Positions 1 to 14,969 of a DNA stretch of 64,000 nt are shown in pieces. The notes below the pieces were generated by a model. The model was not told the origin of the DNA and made no database searches. It saw only the letters and a program-made list of their open reading frames with translations. The position numbers were made by a program, and so were the translations under genes. The DNA comes from Eledone cirrhosa (taxonomy: Eukaryota). The DNA lies in the NCBI GenBank assembly GCA_964016885.1, contig OZ024747.1, positions 50,096,001 to 50,160,000 on the forward strand. The letters are read 5' to 3'. Each line of letters starts with the position of its first letter. The stretch's first letter is position 1.

Positions 1-390
1 TAGAAGCTATCAACTACTCCTAGATAAGACTCCACTGCTATGTAAGCCACCTATGTGTTAGAAGCTATCAACTACTACTAGATAAGACTCCACTGCTATG
101 TAAGCCACCTATGTGTTAGAAGCTATCAACTACTCCTAGATTGGACTCCACTGCTATGTAGGTCACCTTCATATTAGAAGCTATCAACTACTCCTAGATA
201 GGACTCCACTGCTATGTAAGCCACCTATGTGTTAGAAGCTATCAACTACTCCTTGATAGGACTCCACTGATATGTAGGTCACCTATGTGTTAGAATCTGC
301 CAACTACTCCTAGATAAGACTCCACTGCTATGTAGGTCACCTAGGTACCAGAAGTTATCAACTACTCCTAGATAGGACTCCACTGCTATG
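1..390. repeat. 58-bp minisatellite, ~6.7 copies, truncated by window start
   Basis: Unit tagaagctatcaactactcctagataagactccactgctatgtaagccacctatgtgt recurs at 1, 59, 117... Confidence 0.95.
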
Positions 391-2932
391 TACTACACTA
401 TAAAGTGACTGTGCTGGAGCCACAATAAAATACACTCAGTACACTCTGTAAAGTGGTTGGTATTTGGAAGGGTATACAGTTGTAGAAACCATACCAAAAT
501 ATGGAACACATGAGCAATACACAGTTAACTGCCCTTGTCTTTTCTTGAACTGTGACAACCCCCATCTAACCCATAACAGCATTGATAATTGATGTAGAAT
601 TATGATAATGATGATGATGAGATCAAAACATCAATGCTGATGATAATGTTGATAATAAAGATGATGATAATGGTGATAACAGAGATGATTATAATGGTGA
701 TAACAGAGATATACCAAGATAAAATGATATATTTTCACTGTTGAATGGGTTTTTTTAAATATTTTTTCTGTTTATCCCTCTTCTTCTTGGTACTAAAATC
801 TTGAGATATCACCGATGCCATATCCATTAGCCATTTCATTGGCATTGCTTAGAACACTCATTGGCACTTTATTACCTCTAGTTGTTGTGTTTATCAAAGA
901 TCTTTTTAAAAACAATATATCAGACATAGAGATTAGATAATTTCAAGAAATTTTTCAATTTTTGACATGGCTTTTGTAGAATTCTAGCAAAAAAATAACA
1001 ACAAAAAAACTATTCTAGTCATTATTGTTAATGTAAAAATAATTATAGGAGATGGATTTGATAATGGAATATTTTCTTCCTCTCTTCTTAAATACATTTA
1101 AGATTTATTAAAATAGCAGCAGCAGCAATAATAATAATAACAACAGCACCAACAACAGCAGCAAAGACATACCATATTTCTAATAAAAGACAATGTCTGT
1201 GATTTTCAAATAATTTGAAAAATAATCAAGAATTTGAAAGGATTTAGTAATATAACTTTCTTATTATTAAGCTGGCATTTGGAACATAACTTAACAAAGG
1301 TTCTAGCATGAAATTACGATGGAAGGTTTTTAGATAAATTAAACACTTTAAAATAAATAGCTTAGTATCATAGAACCAGGGGTAGTTTAAGGTGGTTTGG
1401 TATCAAAAGGATTAACTTATATAAAGGTAATTAAATTTATAACACTATTGGAATGGATCTCCATCAGTTTCGACGAGGAGTGTTCCAGTTGGTCAATAAA
1501 TGGAATAGACAGCTCATAAAATTACCATTCCATAAACATGTGTACCCTTGTACACATTTTGATTCAGCATGACCCTTTTAATTATAGGTACAGTCTGACA
1601 GGTTTCCAAGTAGTTTCTGTCTACCAACCTTCAATCACGAGGCATGTGTCCAATGCTATAGTAAATGATACTTGCACAAGATAGCATGCAGTGAGATTGA
1701 ACTGGAGCCCTAATGATTGTAAAGTGAACCTCTACATCCAATATGTAGTACTACTAACATAACCTATTCGGGATACTACAGGGATATATTTGATCTTAGC
1801 TTTCTGTAGTGCTAACTGGGACTAGGTGATAAAAGCTGACCTTGCACAATTGTACCTCACAAAGACAATGACACAGGATCTAGATCTTTGGTGTTATGCA
1901 GTAATACAGAAGACCTGCCTTCCATTGCACACAGAATCAAACAAACATCCAGTAGGCACTTCTTAACCCCTTAATACACTATAACCCCCTTCCAAACAGT
2001 CCCACACTCCTACACCACCCTTACACTGTAAAGTTATGTTGGTATCACAAAAAGCATCCAGCCTACACTGCAAAGTGGTTGTGTAGGTGTCACAACAAAA
2101 AGCACCTGGCACACACTGTAAAAAGTGATCATGTAGGTGTCATGACAATAAGCACCCAGTATACATTGTAAATGTGGTTGACGTTAGGAAGGGCATGCAG
2201 CCATAGAAACCTAGCCCAAAACAGTCCTATATAAGCAAGACATGATCACCTGACCCAACTTACCTCTAATGGGACAACCCATCTAACCCATGCTAGCATG
2301 GAAAATGGACCTTAAACGATGATGATGATGATATATATAATATATATATAATAGTGAGTAAAATCAAAGTTGCAACTGCAATTAGCATTTTTCGAAATCA
2401 ATCTTTGAGACTGGTACAAAGCCCTCAATGAGGTGATATCGATAAATTGATAAATTATTAGGGGTGTGATACATTGAAAATTGCGATCGGAGAGATGTTG
2501 CCACAAAAGCCACCACAACAACCAAAATACAAACAGGTTAAAGATGAACCTGGACCTGATCGATAGTTCAAATCCCGCCGAGGTTAACTTTGCCTTTCAT
2601 CCTGACAGGGTCGATAAAATAAAGTACCAGTAATATACTGGGTATTGCTGGCCTTGTGTCAAAAGTAGAAACAATTATATGATATCTTCAATTGGTTTCT
2701 GGGAATCCGAAAGCTACACTCTACGTTCAGCAATATGCAAGTCAGTAATGTATCCTAAGATGGAACGAGGATATCCCATCATTCCGTTTTCTACCAGCGC
2801 GGCTTAATAATTCCACTGCCAAGTACTGTAGCAGTGACTTTGGCAGCAGGCTCACGTGTTCTTTCTCCGGGCTTAGGCGGGCAAATTCAAAAGTGTGAAA
2901 AAGGAATTTATATATATATATATATATATATA

Positions 2933-3190
2933 TGCGTTGTTTCCTTGAGCAAGACACTTTATTTCACATTGCTCCAGTTTACTCAGCTGTAGAAATGAGA
3001 TGATAGGGACTGGGGTCCATATCATTCCACTGCAAAGTGGTCGTGGAGGTGCCACGGCAAAAAAGCACCCAGCACTCACTGTAAATGAGGTTGGTGTTAG
3101 GAAGGGCATCCAGCTGTAGAAATCAAGCCAGAATCAGTTCCTGTCCCACCCTTGCTAGCAGGGAAAAATGGACATAAAATGAAATGATGA
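2933..3190 (+). mobile_element. 5'-truncated CORE-type SINE (family A)
   Basis: Matches the body and tail of the full copy at 19741-20086; preceded by (TA)n and ends in (tga)n. Confidence 0.85.
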
Positions 3191-3611
3191 TATATAAGTA
3201 TACTTTATGAATATGCTATTTTTATAGAATTTATTTTATTTCAATTCCTAATTTCGAGACCAAATTTCTTAAGAATGAAAACATATATACATATCCACAT
3301 GTATGTACATACATGTATATACATATATGTATATACATATATACAAACACACACACACATACAAACATACCATTATTTTTTCTGATTTCTGATTTCTGAT
3401 TTTTATTTCTTTCAAATCAAAATAATTAACGCAGTAGCAATTAACAGCTTGTTGTAAATCACTGACTTCATTAGGGTTAATTACTTTTAATTAATTCCAT
3501 ACTATAAATCCTTAATGAAATAACATGGAAAATAAGTTTGGTGGAATGCTGGAACAATGGGGTCTTGGTTTTGTTGGTTTGTTGGTTTTTATTTACAAAT
3601 GATTAATGTAG

Positions 3612-6260
3612 ACACGACAACAACAACAGCAGTAGTAACAACAACAACAGCAGTAGTAACAACAGTAGTAGTAACAACAACAACAGCAGTAGTAACAACA
3701 ATAGCAGTAGTAACAACAACAACAGTAGTAACAACAGCAGTAGTAACAACAACAGTAGTAGTAACAACAACAACAGCAGTAGTAACAACAATAGCAGTAG
3801 TAACAACAGCAGTAGTAACAACAACAGTAGTAGTAACAACAACAACAGCAGTAGTAACAACAACAGCAGTAGTAACAACAGCAGTAGTAGTAACAACAAC
3901 AACAGCAGTAGTAACAACAACAACAGTAGTAACAACAGCAGTAGTAACAACAACAACAGCAGTAGTAACAACAACAGTAGTAGTAACAACAACAACAGTA
4001 GTAACAACAACAGCAGTAGTAGTAACAACAACAGCAGTAGTAACAACAGCAGTAGTAACAACAGCAGTAGTAACAACAACAACAGCAGTAGTAACAACAA
4101 CAGTAGTAACAACAACAACAGCAGTAGTAACAACAACAGCAGTAGTAACAACAATAGCAGTAGTAACAACAGCAGTAGTAACAACAACAGTAGTAACAAC
4201 AACAGTAGTAGTAACAACAACAACAACAGTAGTAACAACAATAGCAGTAGTAACAACAATAGCAGTAGTAACAACAACAGTAGTAGTAACAACAACAACA
4301 GCAGTAGTAACAACAACAGCAGTAGTAACAACAGCAGTAGTAACAACAACAGTAGTAGTAACAACAACAACAACAGTAGTAACAACAACAGTAGTAGTAA
4401 CAACAACAGTAGTAGTAACAACAACAACAACAGTAGTAACAACAATAGCAGTAGTAACAACAATAGCAGTAGTAACAACAACAGCAGTAGTAACAACAGC
4501 AGTAGTAGTAACAACAACAACAGTAGTAACAACAGCAGTAGTAACAACAGCAGTAGTAACAACAGCAGTAGTAACAACAACAGTAGTAGTAACAACAACA
4601 GTAGTAGTAACAACAACAACAACAGTAGTAACAACAACAACAGCAGTAGTAACAACAACAGCAGTAGTAACAACAACAGTAGTAGTAACAACAACAACAG
4701 CAGTAGTAACAACAACAGTAGTAGTAACAACAATAGCAGTAGTAACAACAACAGCAGTAGTAACAACAACAGTAGTAGTAACAACAACAACAACAGTAGT
4801 AACAACAACAGCAGTAGTAACAACAGCAGTAGTAACAACAACAGTAGTAGTAACAACAACAGTAGTAGTAACAACAATAGCAGTAGTAACAACAACAGTA
4901 GTAGTAACAACAGCAGTAGTAACAACAACAGTAGTAGTAACAACAACAACAACAGTAGTAACAACAGCAGTAGTAACAACAACAGTAGTAGTAACAACAA
5001 CAGTAGTAGTAACAACAATAGCAGTAGTAACAACAACAGTAGTAGTAACAACAATAGCAGTAGTAACAACAACAGTAGTAGTAACAACAACAGTAGTAGT
5101 AACAACAACAGTAGTAGTAACAACAACAACAACAGTAGTAACAACAACAGCAGTAGTAACAACAACAGTAGTAGTAACAACAACAACAACAGTAGTAACA
5201 ACAATAGCAGTAGTAACAACAGCAGTAGTAACAACAACAGTAGTAGTAACAACAACAACAGCAGTAGTAACAACAACAACAGCAGTAGTAACAACAACAG
5301 CAGTAGTAACAACAACAGTAGTAGTAACAACAACAACAACAGTAGTAACAACAATAGCAGTAGTAACAACAGCAGTAGTAACAACAACAGTAGTAGTAAC
5401 AACAACAATAGCAGTAGTAACAACAACAGCAATAGTAACAACAGCAGTAGTAGTAACAACAACAACAGTAGTAACAACAGCAGTAGTAACAACAGTAGTA
5501 GTAACAACAACAACAACAGTAGTAACAACAGCAGTAGTAGTAACAACAACAATAACAGTAGTAACAACAACAACAGCAGTAGTAACAACAGCAGTAGTAA
5601 CAACAACAACAACAACAGTAGTAACAACAACAGCAGTAGTAACAACAACAGTAGTAGTAACAACAACAACAGTAGTAACAACAATAGCAGTAGTAACAAC
5701 AACAGTAGTAGTAACAACAACAACAGTAGTAACAACAACAGCAGTAGTAACAACAGCAGTAGTAGTAACAACAACAACAACAGTAGTAACAACAACAGTA
5801 GTAGTAACAACAATAACAGTAGTAACAACAACAGCAGTAGTAACAACAACAGTAGTAACAACAACAGCAGTAGTAACAACAACAACAGTAGTAGTAACAA
5901 CAACAGTAGTAGTAACAACAACAACAGTAGTAACAACAGCAGTAGTAACAACAACAACAGTAGTAGTAACAACAACAGTAGTAGTAACAACAACAGTAGT
6001 AGTAACAACAACAACAACAGTAGTAACAACAATAGCAGTAGTAACAACAGCAGTAGTAACAACAACAGTAGTAGTAACAACAACAACAACAGTAGTAACA
6101 ACAACAACAGCAGTAGTAACAACAACAGCAGTAGTAACAACAGCAGTAGTAACAACAACAACAACAGCAGCAGTAGTAACAACAATAATGACCACAACTA
6201 CAACAACAATGCCACTAGCAACAACAACAGTAGCAATAGCAACAACAGTAGCAACAACAG
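3612..6260. repeat. Compound trinucleotide microsatellite (aca/gta/gca), ~2.6 kb
   Basis: Continuous (gta)n(aca)n(gca) blocks; open on both strands as poly-T/V and poly-L. Confidence 0.97.
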
Positions 6261-7074
6261 TATGAAAAAAAAAAATAGATATAAAATGATGATGATGATG
6301 ATGATGATGAAGACGACAACGACGACGACGACGACGACGATGATGACGATGACGATGGTGATGGTGGTGATGATAGTGATGATGATGGTGATGATGATGG
6401 TGGTGGTGATGGTGATAATGATGAACAGTTGCAACAGCAACAACAACATCAGCTGCAATAACAACAGCAATAACAACAACCTCAATAAGAATATACATTT
6501 TATCTTTAATTAGATTTATTAATTATAACTAACGAGCTGCAAAGTTTCAACATTCTAATGTATCTCGTTAGAGAAATATAATTAAATATATTAAACATTT
6601 TATTAACCTGCATTAGTTACAGAATGGCCACACAGGCTGTATTGTTGTTGTTTAGGCACAGGTCCATCATGATTGAGCACACCTAGGGTTAAAGTGAGTC
6701 CCAACCATGACCATCCCATTTTTGTTTAAGGTAATGCAAGCATGGTTTCTATAGCTTGATGCCTTTCCTAATACCAACCACTTTACAACATGTACTGAGA
6801 GCATTTTATCATGACACCAGCACTACCACATTACAGGGTGGACAGTGTGCTTTTGTTGTGGCACCAACACAATGTCTCAGAGGATGACAGCACGGAAGAC
6901 GAACATAATATAGTGATGAATGTTATGATGATGTATATATCTCAAGGCCTCATTAATGTTATAGGAATATCTGAGTGGTTAGGGAGGTATATATATAGAT
7001 TGATTTTTTTTTAGTTTCAGAAGATCCTGTTAAGGGTGAAAGCAGCGATTCTTTGCTTAAACTTTAATCTGTTA

Positions 7075-7117
<43 letters not shown>

Positions 7118-7121
<4 letters not shown>

Positions 7122-8375
7122 TTATAGCTGAATGTATGGTGGAACTAGAGAAGAAATTCCAAACATGGAAGCAGGGACTAGAAAGAAAGGGTCTCAAAAT
7201 CAACCTCACAAAGACTAAGGTCTTCATAAGTAGATGAGAAAATAGAACCCAGATCCCCTCAGAGAAATGGCCTTGCTCAGTATGTAGGAAAGGTGTAGGT
7301 AGGAACTCCATCCTCTGCTCCAAATGCAAATAATGGGTACACAAGAGATGTAGTGGGATCTCAGGGAGCTTAACTAAGAATGTAGGCTTTACATGTAGAA
7401 GCTGCGCCAGGACAGCAAGCAGCAAACGGCCACAGGAAACAAGCACCACCAAACTCTGGGAGGGCTCTGTAGAAACAGTAGGCAGCTTTTGCTACCTCAG
7501 TGACTGAATTAACAGTGGAGGTGGGTGCTCAGAAAGTACAATAACTAGGGTGAGAATGGGATGGAAGAAGTTCAGGAAGCCACTGCTAGCTGCAAAAGGC
7601 TTTTCCCTCAAAATGAAAGGCAGACTATATGATGCGTGCATACGAACAGCAATGTTATATTGTAGCGAGACCTGGGTATTGTGTGTAGAAGACTTGCATA
7701 GATTAGAAAGAAACGAAGCTTGCATGCTCCGATGGATGTGTAATAGTAATATACGCGAACAGCAAAGCATAAATGAATTGACAGAGAGACTGAGCATAAG
7801 GGGAATCAAATGCTGTGTGCAGGAGAGGAGGTTGCGTTGGTATGGACACATGATGCGTATGAAGGATGACAGCTGCATAAAAAGGTGCAGAGCACTAGAA
7901 GTCGATGGAAGCCGTGGAGTGGGGAGACCCAAGAAGACTTGGGATGAGGTGATAAAAGCCGACCGTACCCAATTGCGCCTCCCAAAGGCAATGACACAGG
8001 ACCTTGACCTCTGGCGTCACACAGTAATACAGAAGACCCGACCCCCCACGGGTACAAGCCGAAGCTGAAGCATATAGACAATATGCACCCACCCCTTCCC
8101 ACTGCAAAGTGGTCATGGAGGTGCCACTGCAAAAAATCACCCAGGCCACACTGTAAAGTGGACGTATAGGCGCCACAGAAAAAAAGCACCCAGCACTCAC
8201 TGTAAAAGAGGTTGGTGTTAGGAAGGACAACCAGCTGTTGAAATCAAGCCAAAATCAGTTCCAGTATGAGCATGACAAGGTCAGCCGACCGGACACTGCC
8301 CACAACAGACAACCCGTCTAACCCATGCTAGCATGGAAGAACAGACGTAAAACGGTGATGATAATGATGACGATG
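7118..8375 (+). mobile_element. RTE-clade LINE, 5'-truncated and degenerate (RT C-terminus, 3' UTR, (gat)n tail)
   Basis: GLKINLTKTKV, FCYL, KGRLYDACIRTAMLYCSETW, RRLRWYGHMMRM and GRPKKTW are typical RTE C-terminal motifs; internal stops; starts after (TA)n. Confidence 0.92.
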
Positions 8376-8391
8376 ATATATATATATATAT

Positions 8392-8730
8392 ATCATCATC
8401 ATCATCATCATCATTTTACGTCCGCTTTTCCCTGCTTGCAAGGGTGGGACAGGTCTTATTCAGCACAGCATCTCTCCACTTGTCACGGTCCTTCGTCATC
8501 TCCACCGTGAGTTTCAGTGATCTGAGGTCTGTTCTCACCACCTCCACCCATGTTTTTCGTGGTCTACCTCTACCATGTCTTCCTTCAACTGGCATTTCCT
8601 GGCACTTCTTCACTCATTAGTCATCCTCCATGCGCATCACATGTCCATACCACCTCAGTCTCCTCTCTCGCACACTACATTCTATCCCTCTCAGACACAG
8701 TTTCTCTCTCAACACATCCATACTGGGTCG
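8392..8730 (-). mobile_element. RTE LINE 3' fragment (second family)
   Basis: VEGRHGRGRPRKTWVEVVRTDL...DRDKWR followed by cccacccttgcaagcagggaaaagcggacgtaaaa(tga)n. Confidence 0.88.
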
Positions 8731-8833
8731 TTCACCATCATCATCATCATCATTTAATATCCACTTCCCACGCTAGCATGGGTTAGACAGGTTGTCCCAT
8801 TTGAGGCAAGTTGGGACAGGTGACTATGTGTTG

Positions 8834-9150
8834 CTCACTGTAGAAATAAGATGATAGGGACTGGGGTCCCTATCATTCCACTGCAAAGTGGTCGTGGAGG
8901 TGCCACGGCAAAAAAGCACCCAGCCCACACTGTAAAGTGGTCGTGGAGGTGCCATGGCAAAAAAGGCACCCAGCACTCACTGTAAAGTGGACGTGAAGGT
9001 GCCACGGCAAAAAAAAATACCCAGCCCACACTGTAAATGAGGTTGGTGTTAGGAAGGGCATCCAGCTGTAGAAATCAAGCCAGAATCAGTTCCCGTCCCA
9101 CTCTTGCAAGCAGGGAAAAGCGGACGTAAAATGATGATGATGATGATCAT
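8834..9150 (+). mobile_element. Family A SINE 3' part with 3 internal ~48-bp units
   Basis: Same sequence as 19870-20086, with the cactgtaaagtgg...gcacccagc unit triplicated. Confidence 0.85.
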
Positions 9151-9429
9151 GATCATGATATCCCCGTAGAATTTACCAAATCTCACCCATGAAATAAATG
9201 TATGGGGTTGATAAAATAAAGCACCAGTAATACACTGGGGTCATTTTAATCAAATTACTTCCACTCAGAAATTGTTGGTTTTGTGTCTCAATCAGAAACC
9301 ATTGTTTATGTATTGTCTCTGCTTACTAAAACAATGTAATTGTTGTTGGTGTTGTTGTTGGAGATATATTAATCAATAGATATATACAGACACTGATTTA
9401 CTGATGTCTGCTGTAAATAGGAGAGATAG

Positions 9430-10604
9430 TGTCTATGTGTGTGTATATGTATATATGTATATATAATGGTGTGTGTATGTGTGTGTGTGTGTATATGTAT
9501 GTATATATGTATATATAATGGTGTGTGTATGTGTGTGTGTGTATTTGTATGTATATATGTATATATAATGGTGTGTCTATGTGTGTGTATATGTATATAT
9601 GTATATATAATTATGTCTGTGTGTGTGTGTATATGTGTGTGTATGTATGTATATATGTATATATAATTGTATCTGTGTATGTGTGTGTCTATATGTATGT
9701 ATATATGTATATATAATTGTGTGTGTATGTGTGTATGTATATACAGTATAATTGTGTGTGTGTGTGTATGTATATATGTATTTATAATTGTGTGTGTGTG
9801 TGTATATGTATGTATATATGTATATATAATTGTCTGTGTATGTGTGTGTGTATATGTATATATATATGTATATATAATTGTGTGTGTATGTGTGTGTATA
9901 TATGCATGTATATATGTATATTTAATGGTGTGTGTATATGTGTGTGTATATGTATGAATATATGTATATATAATTGTGTGTGTATGTGTGTGTATATGTA
10001 TGTATATATGTATATATAATTGTATGTGTATGTGTGTGTGTATGTATATATGCATATATAATTGTGTGTGTATGTGTGTGTATATGTATGTATATATGTA
10101 TATATAATTGTGTGTGTATGTGTGTATATATGTATATGTAATTGTGTGTGTATGTGTGTATATATAATTGTGTGTGTATATGTATGTATATATGTATATA
10201 TAAATGTGTGTGTGTGTGTATATGTATGTATATATGTATATATAATTGTGTGTGTGTGTGTGTGTGTGTGTGTCTATGTATGTATGTATATATGTATATA
10301 TAATTGTGTCTGTGTGTGTGTATATGTGTGTGTATGTATGTATATATAATTGTGTGTATGTGTATGTATGTATATATGTATATGTAATTGTGTGTGTGTG
10401 TGTATGTATGTATATATAATTGTGTGTATGTGTATGTATGTATATATGTATATGTAATTGTGTGTGTATGTGTGTGTATATGTATGTATATATATAATTG
10501 TGTGTGTGTATATGTATGTATATATGTATATATAATTGTGTGTGTGTGTATGTGTATGTATATATGTATGTATAATTGTGTGTGCGTATATGTATGTATA
10601 TATG

Positions 10605-10635
<31 letters not shown>

Positions 10636-10692
10636 ATGTATATATGTATATATAATCGTGTGTGTTTGTGTGTGCATATGTATGTATATATG

Positions 10693-10723
<31 letters not shown>

Positions 10724-11002
10724 ATGTATATATGTATATATAATTGTGTGTATGTGTGTATATGTATGTATATATGTATATATAATTGTGTGTGTGTGTG
10801 TATGTATGTATATATAATTGTGTGTATGTGTATGTATGTATATATGTATATGTAATTGTGTGTGTATGTGTGTGTATATGTATGTATATATATAATTGTG
10901 TGTGTGTATATGTATGTATATATGTATATATAATTGTGTGTGTGTGTATGTGTATGTATATATGTATGTATAATTGTGTGTGCGTATATGTATGTATATA
11001 TG

Positions 11003-11033
<31 letters not shown>

Positions 11034-11090
11034 ATGTATATATGTATATATAATCGTGTGTGTTTGTGTGTGCATATGTATGTATATATG

Positions 11091-11121
<31 letters not shown>

Positions 11122-12060
11122 ATGTATATATGTATATATAATTGTGTGTATGTGTGTATATGTATGTATATATGTATATATAATTGTGTGTATGTGTGTA
11201 TATGTATGTATATATGTATATATAATTGTGTGTGTGTATATATGTATGTATATATGTATATATAATTGTGTGTGTGTATATATGTATGTATATATGTATA
11301 TATAATTGTGTGTGTGTGTGTGTATATATGTATGTATATATGTATATATAATTGTGTGTGTATGTGTGTGTGAGTATATGTATGTATATATGTATATATA
11401 ATTGTGTGTGTGTGTGTATATATGTATGTATATATGTATATATAATTGTGTGTGTATGTGTGTGTGAGTATATGTATGTATATATGTATATATAATTGTG
11501 TGTGTGTGATTGTTTTTTTATGTCTTATGTGTGAGTTAGTGTATATGTATGTATATATGTATATATAATTGTATGTGTGTGTGTATATGTATGTATATAT
11601 GTATATATAATTGTGTGTGTATATGTATGTATATGTATGTATATATGTATACATAATTGTGTGTGTATGTGTGTGTGTATATGTATGTATATGTATGTAT
11701 ATATGTATATATAATTGTGTGTGTATATGTATGTATATATGTGTATATAATTGTGTGTGTGTGATTGTTTTTTTTATGTCTTATGTGAGAGTTAGTGTAT
11801 ATGTATGTACATGTTTGTTTTTGTGTGTGTGTGTATGTATGTATATATGTAATTGTGTGTATGTATGTGTGTATATGTATGTATATATGTATATATAATT
11901 GTGTTTGTGTGTATATGTATGTATATATGTATATATAATTGTGTGTGTGTATATGTATGTATATATGTATATATAATTGTGTGTGTGTATATGTATGTAT
12001 ATATGTATATATAATTGAGTGTGTGTATATATGTATATATAATTGTGTGTATGTATGTGT
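9430..12060. repeat. (tg)/(ta) compound satellite with recurring tatatgtatatataattg core
   Basis: Variable 30-45 bp units separated by tataattg. Confidence 0.95.
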
Positions 12061-12135
12061 GTTAAAGAAGAAAGGGAAAAGGAAAGAAAAAGGTTATTCA
12101 CATGAAGATGGTCAATAGAATACAAAAGTGGCATT

Positions 12136-12260
<125 letters not shown>

Positions 12261-12556
12261 TATATAACTCTGACCAATCACATATTTTACTTAAAGACTG
12301 TATAAATCCAATAAACACTGTCATGGCTTTTCACCTTAAAAGTACAGTTGACCCCTCCTAACAGTGGAGTGGTGGTGATAGTGATGTTGGTGGTGGTGGT
12401 GGTGGTGGTAGTGATGTTGGTGGTGGTAGTGGTGGGGATGATGGTTCCATTTACCATATTTACACAACAGGAGAGTATGATCAACTGAAATTATTCCTAA
12501 CCCTAACCCTAACCCCTCATCACAGTCACATGTTTTATTTATTATTATTATTATTA

Positions 12557-12825
12557 TTGGCAATATCGGTAGAGAGTCGGACACCATGCTTTGAAGCATA
12601 TAGTTACGTCCCTTTATGATCTAAGTTCAAATCCCGCTGAGGTTAACTTTGCCTTTCATCCTTACGGGGTCGATAAAATAAAGTACCCGTAATGTACTGA
12701 GTAATTGCTGGCCTTGTGCCTAAAATAGAAACAGTTATTATTATTACGGGGTCGATAAAATAAAGTACCAGTAATGCACTGGGTAATTGCTGGCCTTGTG
12801 GCTAAAATAGAAACAATTATTATTA
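12557..12825 (+). mobile_element. tRNA-derived SINE family B with duplicated 3' part
   Basis: tggcaatatcgg A-box-like, gttcaaatcc B-box, body gttaactttgcctttcatccttacggggtcgataaaataaagtacc, (att)n on both sides. Confidence 0.88.
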
Positions 12826-12829
12826 TTTT

Positions 12830-13680
12830 TTTTGTTTCTTTGCTCAGCTTCTAACGCTGGAAATGTATTCGTGTTAGCTGTTCACTACCAGTGAACTGAG
12901 GTAACACCCCTTATTTTTCGAGTACACTCCAGAGTATTCGAGCTGTTCCAATCAATGCTGTTCCATCTGTATTGCAATCCCTATTTGTTTAATGTACTTT
13001 TCAGGATCTTTACTCACAGTTCCTAAGACTCCAACTATTATTGGTATTACTATCACCTTTTACAGTGACCACAACTGCTTAACCTCCCAAGCTAACCTCT
13101 CATATCTATCAATTTCCTTTTTCTTCTTTATTGTATACCTTGTTATCAGCTGGACAGGCCATATCTATGACCCAACACTATTTGCTTCCTTTGTCAATTA
13201 ATACAATATCTGGTCTCCTATATTCTATCTCATGGTCACACTGTATCAGAAAGTCCCACCAGATCTTTGCATCATCATTTTCGATAACGCCCTCAGGGTT
13301 ATGTTCATATACTTTTCTGCTATGTCAAATGCATATTTGCTACAAAGTGCCCAATGGACTATCCTTGCTATATTGTTGTGAAGTCTATTATATTCTTTCT
13401 GCGCTAGTGGTTTACATTGGCTGGTAATATGCCATACAGTTACTCCATTCATACCACAAAATTCTACACTTATCACTTTCTGCTGTGTGATCTATTCTAT
13501 GCTTGATGTAATTAGTTCTTAGTGCTTGTTCTTGAACAACACAGCTTAAGGCTTGTTTCCGGTTTTAGATCACTTTTAGCCATCCATAACCATAATTTTT
13601 TCTCTGTCTGTCCTATCTTCAACATCTCTATGGAATTGTTCATACATTCAGACTAAACTGTTTAGTTCTTCCACTGTCCA
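12830..13680 (-). mobile_element. R4/Dong-like (RLE) LINE 3' fragment
   Basis: CCHC knuckle region TVWHITSQCKPLAQKEYNRLHNNIARIVHW and terminal ALIGTARIL motif. Confidence 0.85.
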
Positions 13681-13789
13681 TGTGATCACCCCTGCCCCAT
13701 ATCTAAGGAGTGATCCCACCTATGTATTGATAGCTTCCATCTTATTCCGTCCATTCAGTAATTATTATTCAGTAATTATTATTATTATT

Positions 13790-14500
13790 TCATTTATCTT
13801 GCTTTATGTTCATATGAGTTATCACCAAGTCACAACCAGTGACCTCAAGAGACAACAAGCTCCGCCATGTTCAAGAAAGAATACATACTCACATATATGT
13901 ATCTTTAGGTGTTGTTTAGACATGTGATGTATTTATATTGACAGAATCTTCCTTGGTATGTGGGCAGTTCCCATTAGTACTATCTTTTGTATTTCTTCTA
14001 TACGCGGGTTTCCTGGGATTTGCGATAAGTAATCATTAGACCCCTTAGGTATCATTCCTAGAGCACCTACAACCACTGGTATTGTTTTAGTTTTCAACTT
14101 CCACGTTTTTTCCAATTTCTATCTCCAGGTCCTTATACTTGCTCAATTTTTCAAATGTTTTTATAGATGCATTCTTGTCTATTGGAACGGACATATCAAT
14201 TAGCAGGCACACCCTCTTTTTAAAGTCCTTCAGTATTATATCAGGTCTATTTGCATCTATTTTTCGGTCTGTTTGGATGCTAAAGCTCCACAAGATTGAG
14301 ATGTGATCTTTTTCAAGTACGGGAGGTGGTTGATGCTCCCACCAATTCTTTTGATTGGGCAGGTCAAAATGCTTACACATTACCCAATGCATGTATTGTG
14401 CAGCTCTGTCATGCCTGTTTAGGTATTCGGTTGGAGCTGCACATTGAAATTATATGATCAATGGTCTCTGGTTGTTTTTTACAATGGGTTGCATCCATTT
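13790..14500 (-). mobile_element. R4/Dong-like (RLE) LINE 3' fragment
   Basis: ILWSFSIQTDRKIDANRPDIIL...LIDMSVP...EKLSKYKDL (restriction-like endonuclease) and IQKIVLMGTAHI. Confidence 0.9.
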
Positions 14501-14969
14501 TTGACGATGATGATGATGATATATAAGCTAAATACATACATCACTGACACAACAACCTAACTAGTGTTAGTGATCTACACAATAGATGCACCCAGTACAC
14601 TCTGTAAAGTGGTTGGTGATAGGAAGTGCATCTAGCCATAGAAAGATTTCCAAAGAAAATGTCAGGAGGATTCTTCAGCTGTGTCAAAGCCATAGGTGGT
14701 GACCCACTTGAGGAGGGAACCTCGTGAGGTAAGGTGTCTGTTGCAGTCGGCCTCTGGTCATTCTCCATGGTACACTTTTGCCGTCTTGTCTATGGGCTAC
14801 AGCTGAGGTACCATTCAGACTGGGGTGAAGTGTTTGTCCCTCCTCCTCTTTTGTTACTTGATCCTTCTTTCTTTTTCTCCTTTTCCTTTTCATGTTCGTC
14901 TTCCTTTTCTCTTTCCTTTAATTGTGTGTTTTGTTGTTATTAGATATTCGTCAATTATTTTTATATAAT

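Noticed and set aside
3557-6498. 864-969 aa ORFs (mucin-like poly-T/V, poly-L)
   Set aside because: Trinucleotide microsatellite open on both strands; no non-repetitive domain
7014-7062. Hammerhead-like gttt CAGAAGA...GAAA gca...tgctt aaac
   Set aside because: Core position 4 is altered and stem II is out of register; at best decayed
9369-11898. Long Y/I/H/T and C/V ORFs
   Set aside because: Translations of (tg)/(ta) repeats
12495-12516. (CCCTAA)3 telomere-like tract
   Set aside because: Too short to interpret in such repeat-rich DNA
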